This document shows, in pieces, positions 1 to 9,642 of a DNA stretch of 64,000 nt. A model generated the notes under the pieces. It saw only the letters and a program-made list of their open reading frames with translations. It did not search any database and was not told where the DNA came from. The stretch is from Rhodospirillaceae bacterium (lineage in GTDB: Bacteria; Pseudomonadota; Alphaproteobacteria; UBA7985): assembly GCA_038141425.1 (NCBI GenBank), contig JAYQIC010000003.1, forward strand, positions 151,175 to 215,174, read 5' to 3'. A program made the position numbers and the translations under genes. Each line of letters opens with the position of its first letter. Position 1 is the first letter of the stretch.

Positions 1-11
1 TGGAGCGGGCC

Positions 12-2261
12 CTAAGGCACCCCGAACATCTGTGGTTTTTTCAGGTAGGCGAGCACCGGGTCAAGCGCTTCAACGTCGCCGAACAGGCGCTTCATCCCGC
101 CCAGTGTCAGGCTGGGGTTCACCAGATCGGCGAGGAAGATCAGCAGCGCGACCGCAGCGGCAGCGAGCAGCAGGTTCCACCACCATCGCAGCGGGCTGTA
201 GCTGAACAGCAGCGCCAGGCAGAACAGCGCGGTGGCGATCAGGTGCCCGAAGACCGCGATCCCGGCGACATAGCCCACCAGCCAGCCGAAGGCGAGCAGC
301 AGCGGTCGGCGCCGCTCGTTCTCGCCCAGCGCGCGGGCGTCGGCCTCCTCGTCTTCGAGCAGCTCCTGTTCACCGCGGTGGAACAGCACCCGGCCCAGCG
401 CCAGCAGCGCCAGCGGCAGGAACACCAGCCCGAGGAAGTGGGGCATCTGCGCATCATTGATGTTGGAGCCGAAGAAATACAGCCGCTTGCCCCAGGTGAC
501 CGGTCCCAGTGCCATGTAAGTGAAGACCAGCACCACGCCGACGGTGAAGACGATCACCGGCAGGCGCTCGCGCCAGCTGCGTGAGATGCGCAGGCCGCTT
601 TCTGCGTGCAGACGGGTTTCGTGGCGGTTGACCACCACACCGTAAATGATGACCAGCACGATCAGCGCGCCGATGATGGCCATCAGGATCCAGTCGATCA
701 GCTCCATACTGCCCCGGGCGATCCGCTGCGCGGCCCAGTTGAACTTGGTCTCCATGGGCGCGGCGAGCACGAAGCCGATCAGGAACGCCGGGCGCGACCA
801 CTTGAACCGCCGCAGCAGGATGCCGACCCCGCCCAGTGCCAGCAGCGTCAGGAACGAGTAGAACGAGGCGGATTTGCTGACTTTGAATACGGCGAAAAAG
901 ATGATCACCAGCAGGAAGGGTGCCAGCGTGGGGAAGGGGATCTTGGTCAGCCGAGAAATCGGCGCGCTCAGCCCGAAGCACAGCGCGGTGCCGATGACGT
1001 TCCCGATCATCAGCGTCCAGGCGATGAAGAAGGTGACCACCATGCCGGTGACGACCACGGTCGAGCCGGGAAAGTTGAATTCATCCAGCGGCTTGATCAT
1101 GTCGAACATCGGCGGGCCTGCCTCGATCGAGAAGATCGACAGGATGCCGAGGAAAACCGCCATGGAACCCGAGCCGGGCAGGCCGAGCAGCAGGGTGGGG
1201 ACCAGCCCGCCGCCTTCCTTGGCGTTGTTGGCGCTCTCCGGCCCGATCACGCCGCGGATATCGCCGCGCCCGAAGCCGGTGACGTCTTCGCCGCGGGCGG
1301 CGACGATGGCCTTGGTCTGGCCGTAGGCGATCCAGTCAACGACCGAGCCGCCCAGACCCGGGACGATACCGACCAGCACACCGATAAAGGCGTTCCACAG
1401 GCTCAGCAGCTTGTTGTTCCACCAGTCCATGAAGCCCTGCCGCCAGCCAAGGCCGAGCTTGGCATCACCGGCGATCGAGCGGTTCTGGCGGAGCAGGTCG
1501 ACGATCTCCGGGACGGCGAACAGCGACAGGCCGATCATGGCCACGCCCAGCCCGCTGCGCAGGTAGCGCTGCCATTCCTCGATGAAGCCGTTGGGATTCT
1601 TGGCGCTGAGCGAGTGCGGGAAGATTTGCGCGCTCCAGTCGGAAACGGCGGTGATCCAGTCGTATTCCTTGCCCGTGAAGCGCACGAAGCCGTCGAGCGA
1701 GCCACTGCCGATCATACCGACGAACAGCCCCAGCCCGGCGGCAAGGAAGCCCTTGAGCAGCGACCGGCCGGATAGAATCCCGACCAGCGCGATGCCGAAG
1801 ACGGCGAGCATGAACTGCGCAGGCGTGCGGATATAGGTGATGACCGAGGCGGCGAAGGCGAGGATCACCGTCAGCACAATCACCCCGAGGATGCCGCCGA
1901 ACAGCGAACTGACGAAGGCAGAGGACAGCGCCTGTGCTGCCTTGCCCTGCTTGGCCAGCGGGAAGCCGTCGAGCACGGTCGCCTGACTGGCGCTGGAGCC
2001 GGGAATACCGAGCAGGACGCTGGCGAAGGTATCGGAAGTCGGGATGACGGCAATCATGCCGATGGCGATGGCGATACCGGCGAGCGGTTCAGCCTGAAAC
2101 TGCGTCAGGACAACGATCAGGATGGACATGCCCGCGATCCCGCCCAGCCCGGGCAGGATACCCAGCGCAATCCCCATGACCACGCCGAGGCAGATGTAGA
2201 GCAGCACGCCGGGCTGAAAGATCAGCTCGAAGGCCGCAAAGAGGCTCATTACCACGTCCAT
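12..2261 (-). CDS. tctA: TctA-family tripartite tricarboxylate transporter large permease with an extra ~230-aa C-terminal multi-TM region (TctB-like by position and hydrophobicity)
   Basis: Intact 749-aa ORF. The N-terminal ~500 aa have the TctA-like pattern (GILPGLGG, GIPGSSAS, VPGLGGS, GLPGSGS). The C-terminal part has 4-5 hydrophobic helices. It lies next to tctC and is divergent from tctDE. Confidence 0.85.
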   Translation of the reverse strand: MDVVMSLFAAFELIFQPGVLLYICLGVVMGIALGILPGLGGIAGMSILIVVLTQFQAEPLAGIAIAIGMIAVIPTSDTFASVLLGIPGSSASQATVLDGFPLAKQGKAAQALSSAFVSSLFGGILGVIVLTVILAFAASVITYIRTPAQFMLAVFGIALVGILSGRSLLKGFLAAGLGLFVGMIGSGSLDGFVRFTGKEYDWITAVSDWSAQIFPHSLSAKNPNGFIEEWQRYLRSGLGVAMIGLSLFAVPEIVDLLRQNRSIAGDAKLGLGWRQGFMDWWNNKLLSLWNAFIGVLVGIVPGLGGSVVDWIAYGQTKAIVAARGEDVTGFGRGDIRGVIGPESANNAKEGGGLVPTLLLGLPGSGSMAVFLGILSIFSIEAGPPMFDMIKPLDEFNFPGSTVVVTGMVVTFFIAWTLMIGNVIGTALCFGLSAPISRLTKIPFPTLAPFLLVIIFFAVFKVSKSASFYSFLTLLALGGVGILLRRFKWSRPAFLIGFVLAAPMETKFNWAAQRIARGSMELIDWILMAIIGALIVLVIIYGVVVNRHETRLHAESGLRISRSWRERLPVIVFTVGVVLVFTYMALGPVTWGKRLYFFGSNINDAQMPHFLGLVFLPLALLALGRVLFHRGEQELLEDEEADARALGENERRRPLLLAFGWLVGYVAGIAVFGHLIATALFCLALLFSYSPLRWWWNLLLAAAAVALLIFLADLVNPSLTLGGMKRLFGDVEALDPVLAYLKKPQMFGVP

Positions 2262-2418
2262 CGTGTCAGCCTATCCCGATCCGTCGCCGGACCCAAGCCG
2301 GCGACCTCTGTGCCAAGAAAAGAGGGGTCAATACCGCGATACTGACCCCTCGGGAGAGAGACGGGGGCCGGACATCGCTTGCCCGGCACCCGCCATCATG
2401 TTGGGCAGCGTGGAGCGC

Positions 2419-3468
2419 TTAGAGCTCTACGCCGTAGGCTTCTTTGAGCCAGCCCTTGACGAACTCGAGAGAGGTGTCGTCAACGTCCAGTGCCTTTTCG
2501 AGCAGGACCGCAGCGCCGTCACCGATACCCTGTGGGTACACGCCCAGACGCTTCATGGAGGCTTCGCCGAAGCCTTCGACCTTGGTGGCCGCCTCGAACG
2601 CAGCGGTCAGGGTCGCAACGTCGTCTGCGGATGCATCACCGGGCAGGAACACCATCTTCTGCGCGGCGAAACCGGCGGTGAAGAAGGCTTTCCACGCGGA
2701 GTAACCAGCGGAGTCCATCGCCGCAGGGTTCACCTCAGCCAGAACCTCCGAGAAGTGTGGCAGGTCGGGAAGGTTGGGTCGCGAACAATGTCGCCGTTGG
2801 CGTCGACCGCACCCCAGGACATCAGGGCAACCGCTTCACCGGCTTCGACAACCGGTGCGATGTTGGAGAGGTAAGCCGAAGAGGTCTGGTAGTCGATGGT
2901 GGTCTCGCCTGCGAGGAAGGCGGCAGCGGCCGGCCGAACGGCCCTTGAGGCCAAAGATCGGCTCAACGTTGTAGCCCAGCAGGTTGAAGGCCAGCAGTGG
3001 CACGAGGTCCAGCGAGGTTGCACCCTGCGAGCCGTAGCTCAGGGAGGCGTTCTCCAGACCGCCTTCAGCGATCTCTGGCGTGGTGTAGACGACACCGCCG
3101 GTCGGGGTTGCGATCACAACCTGCCAGTCGCGGTATTCGTATTCCACCCGGTCATCGCCGAGCAGGTAAGGGAACTGCGTCGAGCCGGACGAACCGAAGA
3201 TGGTGCAGCCGTCGCCCTCAACTTCATTCTGGAAGAAGTTGGCGCCCATGGTCGAGCCCGCGCCGGGCATGTACTCAACAATCACGTTCTGACCGAGTTG
3301 ATCAGAGATTTGTGGCGCCCAGAACCGCGCCCATTTGCCGGAGCCACCACCTTCGGAGAAAGGAATGATCCAGGTTACGTCGTCGCCGCCGCAAAGCTCG
3401 GCGGAAGCGGTGCCGGAAACAGCACCGAAAGTTACGACTGCCGCAGCAGCCATCAGAATCTTTTTCAT
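2419..3468 (-). CDS. tctC: TctC/Bug-family periplasmic tricarboxylate-binding protein, reading frame broken twice (near 2768 and near 2930)
   Basis: Three ORF fragments (2836-3468, 2730-3023, 2419-2733) join into one ~350-aa protein with a signal peptide (MKKILMAAAAVVTFGAVSGTASA). It sits immediately upstream of tctA on the same strand. Confidence 0.75.
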
Positions 3469-3597
3469 GAGGTCCTCCCAGAATACCGAGTGTGTCGATC
3501 GCCAGAGCCCCTCCCACAGGGGCCTTGCATGCGTCGATGGTTCTGCCCTAACTGTTCAACCTTTCACAAACCTTGCAAGCGGAAGGAAAGGAAGCCG

Positions 3598-4290
3598 GTG
3601 CGTATTCTGCTCGTCGAAGATGCGGTCGAAGTCAGCGCCGCCATGGTCGATCTGCTTGCGACCCGGGATCACAGCGCAGACGTCGTGACCAACGTTGCGG
3701 ATGCAGTATCGCTGATCCGTTCCGACGAGTTCGACCTGATCGTGCTGGATCTGAACCTGCCCGGTGGCTCGGGTAAGGAGCTGCTAAGCTACTGTAAATC
3801 CAACCGTATCGACGTGCCGATTTTTGTGGTCAGCGCCCGCGCCGACCTCGAAGACCGCGTCGGCCTGCTCGAAAGCGGGGCCGATGACTACCTCGTCAAA
3901 CCCTTCGACCCGCCGGAGTTTCTCGCCCGGGTCCGCGCCCTGCTGCGCCGACCGAAAGAAAAAGCGCCGGCACGGACACTGCTGGGCGCGCTCACCTTCG
4001 ATCATGACGAACGCCGCGCCTTCCAGCACCGGACCGGCCTCGACATCCACCTGACCCCCAGCGAGCGATCTGTGCTTGGCGCGCTGATGCTGAAGCCCGG
4101 AGTCGGCATTCGGAAAGAGACCCTGACCAACCTGCTCTACTCCCTCGAAAGCGACGTCCAGCCCAGCGCGGTAGAGGTCTACGTCAGTCGCCTGCGCTCG
4201 AAACTCGACCGTTCGGAAGCCGGGGTGGTCATCCGCGCCATTCGCGGCTTTGGCTACCGGATCGAGGCAAACGAGGGGCGGGCGTCCTGA
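3598..4290 (+). CDS. tctD: OmpR-family response regulator (TctD-like)
   Basis: GTG start at 3598 preceded by GGAAGG. Receiver domain (VRILLVEDAVE, DLIVLDLNLPGGSG, KPF) plus a winged-helix C-terminus (VEVYVSRLRSKL, IRGFGYRI). The upstream part of ORF 2896-4290 is antisense to tctC. Confidence 0.85.
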   Translation: MRILLVEDAVEVSAAMVDLLATRDHSADVVTNVADAVSLIRSDEFDLIVLDLNLPGGSGKELLSYCKSNRIDVPIFVVSARADLEDRVGLLESGADDYLVKPFDPPEFLARVRALLRRPKEKAPARTLLGALTFDHDERRAFQHRTGLDIHLTPSERSVLGALMLKPGVGIRKETLTNLLYSLESDVQPSAVEVYVSRLRSKLDRSEAGVVIRAIRGFGYRIEANEGRAS

Positions 4291-5620
4291 TGCTGGCCAG
4301 TCTCCGTTTTCGCATCCTGTTCGCTGTGGCCATCGCGCTGCTCAGTGCCAGTCTGGTCGGTGCCGTTCTGGCACGAAACAGCGCTGAGCGCCTTGCCCAG
4401 AACCTGCAGGATCAGAACCTGCGTGCCATGGCTTTCGGCTTCTTCTCCAGCGTGACGGCCTCGCAGGGGTCGTGGGTCACGCCCGAGGAACTGGCCGGGT
4501 TTATTCCTGCTGACGTAGACCAGTATTTCTACCGGCTGCTGGGGCCGAAGGGATCCTATATCTCCGGCTATAACTTCGTTCAGGTGCCGGTTGAGGCCGA
4601 CGCCAAGCCCGGGGTGCCGTATTTCGCCACGTGGGTCGACGGCAGCGGTGAAACCTACCGCGGTATTTCCCTGCGCGCCTTCCTCGAACAGCCCGAGGAG
4701 CCGGGCTGGGTGACGCTGCAGGTGGCCCAGTCGACCCGCGGCATGGAGCGGCTGGTCGGGGAGCAGATGCAGTCGTATTTCCTGACCGCCGGGTTGATCA
4801 GCATCGGTTCGCTGCTCAGCGCGGTGTTGATCCTGTCGACTATTTTCCGCCCTCTCAGTCGTCTGACGCGGTCGGTTGAGCGGCGCAGCGCTGAAGACCT
4901 CTCACCGATCCAGCAGCCGGTGCCCGTGGAAGTGCGTCCGCTGAAAAACCGGCTCAATGCCCTGCTTGGGCAGGTCCAGACCGAGCAGGAGGCGAAGTCG
5001 CGGCTGGTCTCAAACGTGGCGCATCAACTCCGCACACCGCTGACGACGATCCGCCTGCGCTCAGACCTTGCGCTCAATGCCGATGATCCCAGCACCCATC
5101 TGACCGCGCTCGACCGTGAAGCACGGCGGGCAGGGACACTCGCCTCGCAACTGGTGCATCTTGAATCGGGATTGGAAGCCGAGGATCTTGAACCTGTTGA
5201 GTTGGTCAGCCTGCTGCGTGGGCTGGTCGAGGACTGGCATGCCCCTGTCGTCAGGCGGGCGTCGCCCTGAACTTTGCGCCCTCGGTCGAGACGGCCCGCT
5301 GTTTTGGGCAATACCGCACTGATCGAAGAAGTGCTCTCCAACCTGCTCGACAATGCGCTGGCGCACGCCGATGCAACGACAGTGACGGTAACGGTCGAGG
5401 CTTCAGGCTTCACCGTTGCCGACAATGGTCGGGGGTGGGTGAGGCCGAGCTGAGCCAGATTTTCGAGCGCTTCTACAGCGGTGACCGGGCGCAGGGTGGG
5501 GGGCACGGTCTGGGCCTGAGTATCGTTCGCGAATTCGCTAACCGCATGCAAGCGGAAGCCAGTGCATGGGTCGCGGAGGGCTTACATTTGAGCTTGCGGT
5601 TTAAACCCGCAACCCTCTGA
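4290..5620 (+). CDS. tctE: Sensor histidine kinase (TctE-like), reading frame broken about three times (near 5250, 5297, 5433)
   Basis: The ATG overlaps the tctD stop (TGATG). H-box SNVAHQLRTPLT. N-box EEVLSNLLDNALAHA and G-box DNGRG..GHGLGLSIV are recovered in alternating frames. Confidence 0.75.
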
Positions 5621-5685
5621 GAATCCAACATATTCTTAACTTCGAATGGACCGTTGCATCCATATTCTTTGAGGTGCGACATATA

Positions 5686-5720
5686 CGAAATCGATTTCGG
5701 TTGACCCGAAAACGATTTCG
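5686..5720. promoter_or_regulatory. Two LacI-type operator palindromes upstream of the LacI-family gene and sugar ABC operon
   Basis: CGAAATCGATTTCG (5686-5699) is a perfect 14-bp palindrome. CGAAAACGATTTCG (5707-5720) is a near-palindrome 7 bp downstream. Both have the central CG typical of LacI/GalR operators and lie 33-67 bp upstream of the lacI-family ATG. Confidence 0.5.
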
Positions 5721-5752
5721 CTCACGGTAAAGCTGCAATTGAGGAGACAGGA

Positions 5753-6814
5753 ATGCGTTCGCGCTCCACTGAGACACACAAAGTGCCAGTGAAACGAGCG
5801 ACCCTCGCTGAGGTGGCGGAAGCCCTCGGCGTCGGGAAGCCGACCGTGTCGCGTGCGTTGAACAATTACCCCGATATTTCCGAAGAAACCAAGCGCCGGG
5901 TGCGCGAGATGGCGAACAAGCTCGGCTACGTCGGGTCCAGCCGTGCGCGCCAGCTGCAGAAGGGCGCTGCGGACACCATCGGCCTGCTTGTGACCGCCGC
6001 TTCAGAAGGACTTCAGTCTGCCTATCAGAGCGAGTTCACCGGCGCGCTGGCGGCGGCGCTGGATGGCCACGGGCTGGATCTGCTCCTGCACGCGGTGCAG
6101 GCCCCGGCGGCGGAGATCGAGACCTATAACCGGCTCTGGCAGCAGGGGAAGGTCGACGGCTTCGTGCTCATGCGGACCCGGATCCACGACGAGCGGATTG
6201 GCTTTCTCATGGAACGGGCGTCCCCTTTGTGGACCCAGGGGCGGTCGGACCTGTCTGCCCATCACGCCTGGATCGACATCGACAGCGAGGAAGCCTTCGC
6301 CGAGGCCATCGAGTTTCTGGCCGGGCAGGGACATCGGCGCATTGCGATGATCTCCGGTGACCCCGACATCTATTCGACCACGCTTCGTGAGGAAGGGTAC
6401 CGGGCTGGTCTTGAATCCGCCGGTCTGCCCTTCGACCCCAGCTTGATCCTGCCCGGTGACTTTTCAGCGGCCTGCGGTCGGCTCGGCCTCAAGCAGTTGG
6501 TCGATTCCGCCTCTGATGTGACCGCCATTGTCTGCGCCAACGATGCGACAGCCATGGGCGCAATCAGTCAGGCGCATGAGCTTGGCCTTTCGGTGCCCCA
6601 GCAACTCAGCGTCATGGGTTACGACGGCGTCCGTATGGCCGAAATGTTCAGTCCGCCTCTGACCACGCTGTCGCACTCGGCAGCGGAAAGCGGGGAGCGG
6701 ATTGCATCCATGATTGTTGGCCTCGTGGGCGGGGATGCCCCGGCCAACCACCAGATTTTGCTGCCGGCTCAAATCATTGAGCGCCGTTCGACCGGGCCGA
6801 CAGCAAAAGAGTAA
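5753..6814 (+). CDS. LacI-family transcriptional regulator
   Basis: Intact 353-aa ORF. N-terminal HTH (ATLAEVAEALGVGKPTVSRALN) and a periplasmic-binding-protein-like effector domain. Confidence 0.9.
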   Translation: MRSRSTETHKVPVKRATLAEVAEALGVGKPTVSRALNNYPDISEETKRRVREMANKLGYVGSSRARQLQKGAADTIGLLVTAASEGLQSAYQSEFTGALAAALDGHGLDLLLHAVQAPAAEIETYNRLWQQGKVDGFVLMRTRIHDERIGFLMERASPLWTQGRSDLSAHHAWIDIDSEEAFAEAIEFLAGQGHRRIAMISGDPDIYSTTLREEGYRAGLESAGLPFDPSLILPGDFSAACGRLGLKQLVDSASDVTAIVCANDATAMGAISQAHELGLSVPQQLSVMGYDGVRMAEMFSPPLTTLSHSAAESGERIASMIVGLVGGDAPANHQILLPAQIIERRSTGPTAKE

Positions 6815-6840
6815 CAAGGCAACCTAACGGAGGAGATCAA

Positions 6841-8197
6841 ATGACCTTGTTGAAGAAACTGTCGCTGCGCGCGACATTGGCAGCAGCTGCTGCCACTGCG
6901 ACCCTGGGCATGGCTCAGGCGCAGACCATCCAGTTCTGGACCACCGAAGAACAGCCTGACCGTCTGGCCAAGCAGGAAGCCATGGCGGCTGACTTCACGG
7001 CAGCAAGCGGCATCGCGGTTGACGTGATTCCGATTTCTGAATCTGAAATGGGTAACCGTGCAACGGCTGCTTTCGCGTCCGGCGAACTGCCAGACGTGAT
7101 CTACTACCCCCTGCAGTACGCTCTGCCATGGGCTGAAGCCGGCGTGATCGATATCGATGCAACCACCGAGGCTGTCGAAGGCCTGGGCGTTGATACCTTC
7201 CAGGCTGGTGCCCTGAACATGGCCGCGTTCGACGGCAGCTACGCCGGCGTGCCGGTTGATGGCTGGACCCAGCTGGTCGTGTACCGGTCTGATCTGTTCG
7301 AAGCAAACGGTCTGGCTGCCCCTGACAGCTACGCTGATATCGTTGCCGCGATGGAAGTGCTGCACAACCCGCCAGAGATGTTCGGCTTCGTAGCCCCGAC
7401 CAAGGTCGACGAAGGCTTCATGTCTCAGGTTCTCGAGCACGTGATGCTCTCTAACGGTGTATCCCCGGTGAACAACGACGGTCTGGCTGAGCTCGACGTT
7501 CAGGCAACCACTGAAGTTCTCGAGTTCTACAAGCAGATCGTAGACGCGTCTCCTGAGGGTGAGCTGTACTGGAAGCAGTCGCGTGAGCTGTACTTCGCCG
7601 GTCAGGCTGCGATGATCATCTGGTCGCCGTTCATTCTGGACGAGCTGGCTGGTCTTCGTGACAGCGCTCCACCAACCATCAACGACGACCCACAGTCCCG
7701 TGAGCTGGCGTCCAAGACCGCCGTTATCACCACGCTGGCTGGTCCGTCCAACCCGGATGGTGCGGCCTGGGCCGACGTTCGCTACTTCGGTGTGTCTTCG
7801 GACGCTGACGCCGATGCAGCGATTGCGTTCATCGAGTACTCCATGTCCGAAGGCTACGAGTCAGACCCTGTCGATCGCTCCTGAAGGCAAGTTCCCGGTT
7901 CGCCAGTCCGATGGTTCCAACCCGACCGCTTACCTCGACCTGTGGGCAACGCTGCCGGTTGGTGTCGGTCGCAAGGCTCCGCTGGGCGACATCTACCCGG
8001 CTGACGTGATCACATCGATCGCTTCCGGGCCTGTCCACGGCAAACCGCTGGGGCGTGAAGGAAGGTCAGCTGTCGCTGGCGTCCAAGATCAACAACTCCC
8101 GCGTTCTGAACACGCTGGTCCGCGAATACGTGGACGGTGTGCGTGGTGCCGCTGAAACGGTCGCCATGATGAACGATGAGCTGGGCAAGATCGAGTA
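6841..8197 (+). CDS. ABC transporter extracellular solute-binding protein (family 1, CUT1 sugar type), frame broken near 7862 and near 8030
   Basis: Signal peptide (MTLLKKLSLRATLAAAAATATLGMAQA). ORFs 6841-7884 and 7658-8155 plus a third frame join and end in ...MMNDELGKIE, with TAA at 8195-8197. Followed by two permease genes and an ATPase gene. Confidence 0.8.
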
Positions 8198-8254
8198 AGG
8201 ACTAGCCCTCCTGCGGACTGCGTTTCATAACAACGTGGTCCCGTCCTGTGCTGG

Positions 8255-8284
8255 CGGGAAAGGCTCGGAAACGCGCCTTTCCCG
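8255..8284 (+). terminator. Intercistronic GC-rich hairpin after the binding-protein gene (possible attenuator or mRNA stabiliser)
   Basis: CGGGAAAGGC (8255-8264) pairs perfectly with GCCTTTCCCG (8275-8284) around a 10-nt loop. There is no strong U-tract. Confidence 0.4.
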
Positions 8285-8335
8285 TTCAGTGCAGCCTCCA
8301 TTCAAAACCCAAGACGACGTGAGGACTGCCAGTCG

Positions 8336-9642
8336 ATGACGCATGCGTCACCATCGATGAGCGATACTGCCGTGGTGCACCGCCCCGGGCGGTTGAGCCG
8401 ACGGGAAAGCCGGCTGGCCTTTGGCATGACGCTGCCCTCGATCTTCATCGTCATGGCGATCGTGCTGTTCCCGCTGCTGACCACGTTCTGGATCTCAGCC
8501 AAGCCGATCGAGCTGGCCGACCTGCGTGCGCCAGAAGTCCGCGCCCGGGAGCAAGTGAAGGGCGAGGCCGTTTCTGCCGACGACGTTTTTCTGCTGCGCT
8601 ACAAGCTGCGCAACTCCAGCCGTGACAAACCCGTGCTCGACGTGCACCTCGAAGACAGCCTGCCTGCCGGGCTGGTGCCGCTGGAGCTGGATCCGCGCTG
8701 TGAGCTGGGCGCAGACCGCAGCCTGCGCTGTGCTCTGGGTGATTTTGAGCCCGGGCAGAGTGAGACCCTCAACTTCGATGTCCGTGCCGAGCAGGCCTTC
8801 ATCGACAATCCGCAGAGCGCCAAAGACAGCGAGGTCGTCATGACCGGCCGCAGTCTCAACCCGCTGCTCACCCTCGACTTTACGCGAGAACTTCATCAAG
8901 GCCTTCGGCGTGCGCGAGTTCGGCACTGTGCTCTGGGTGACCTTTGTCTACACCATCGGCGGAACTGCCGGGGCGCTGGTGCTGGGCCTGTTTGCTGCGC
9001 TGCTGCTCAACCAGACCTTCCGGGGCCGCGCCGTGTTCCGCGGTTTCCTGCTGTTCCCCTTCGTTGCGCCGGTGATCGCGGCTGCCTTCACCTGGGTGGT
9101 CATGCTCGACCCGTTCTCAGGCTCGCTGAATACGCTGCTGGTGCAGATGGGGGCGGTGGAAGCCCCGATTAATTTCTTCGGCGTGCGCACGGTCCAGATC
9201 CAGATTTTTGGTCTGTCGATCCCGTTCCCGCTGGCGCTGAGTATGGTGATCGCCTTTGAGGCCTGGCGATATTTCCCGCTCTCGTTCCTGTTCATCCTCG
9301 CGCGGATGCAGTCGATCCCGCAGGATATGTACGGAAGCCGCCGATATGGACGGCGCCTCGCCGTTCCAGAAGTTCTGGGCGCTGAGCCTGCCACAGCTGG
9401 CCGGGATCATGGCGGTGCTGTTCCTGCTGCGCTTCATCTGGACCTTCAACAAGTTCGACGACATCTTCCTGCTTACCGGAGGCAATGCCGGGACCCGCAC
9501 GCTGACGGTGCAGGTGTACGAGCAGGCCTTCGCCCTCAACAATCTGGGCGCGGGCGCCGCCGTCGCGGTGCTGGTGTTCGTGCTGCTGGCGCTGTTCGCG
9601 CTGGTCTACTTCCGCGCCATGCCGGAAGAGGAGGGGCTGTAG
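8336..9642 (+). CDS. ABC sugar transporter permease (MalF/UgpA type) with a ~130-aa insertion in the first periplasmic loop; frame broken near 8885 and near 9335
   Basis: ORFs 8336-9172, 8910-9680 and 9256-9642 join. EAA-like loop (ILARMQSIPQDMY..AADMDGASPFQKFW). The insertion resembles a beta-sandwich repeat (LRYKLRNSSRDKPVLDVHLEDSLPAGLVP...GQSETLNFDVRAEQ). Confidence 0.8.

Noticed and set aside
606-1775. Long antisense ORFs opposite real genes. Examples: 606-1775(+), 16249-17454(+), 17181-18725(+), 21877-23739(+), 25272-26300(-), 28669-30327(-), 32764-33834(-), 36331-37833(-), 38534-39616(-), 41496-42716(-), 44754-45950(-), 51368-52375(-), 53383-54420(-), 55751-56860(-), 61939-63438(+).
   Set aside because: These are typical shadow ORFs of high-GC DNA. 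Their products are Arg/Gly/Ala/Asp/His/Pro-rich low-complexity strings with no recognisable motifs. Each is fully overlapped by an opposite-strand gene with clear family signatures.
2896-3597. 5' extensions of ORFs beyond plausible starts: 2896-3597 of the tctD ORF, 12049-12225 of the ATPase ORF, 16251-16427 of the iolB ORF, 51140-51235 of the TRAP permease ORF.
   Set aside because: The extensions overlap neighbouring genes or intergenic DNA, encode low-complexity sequence, and have better internal starts with ribosome-binding sites or stop/start overlaps.
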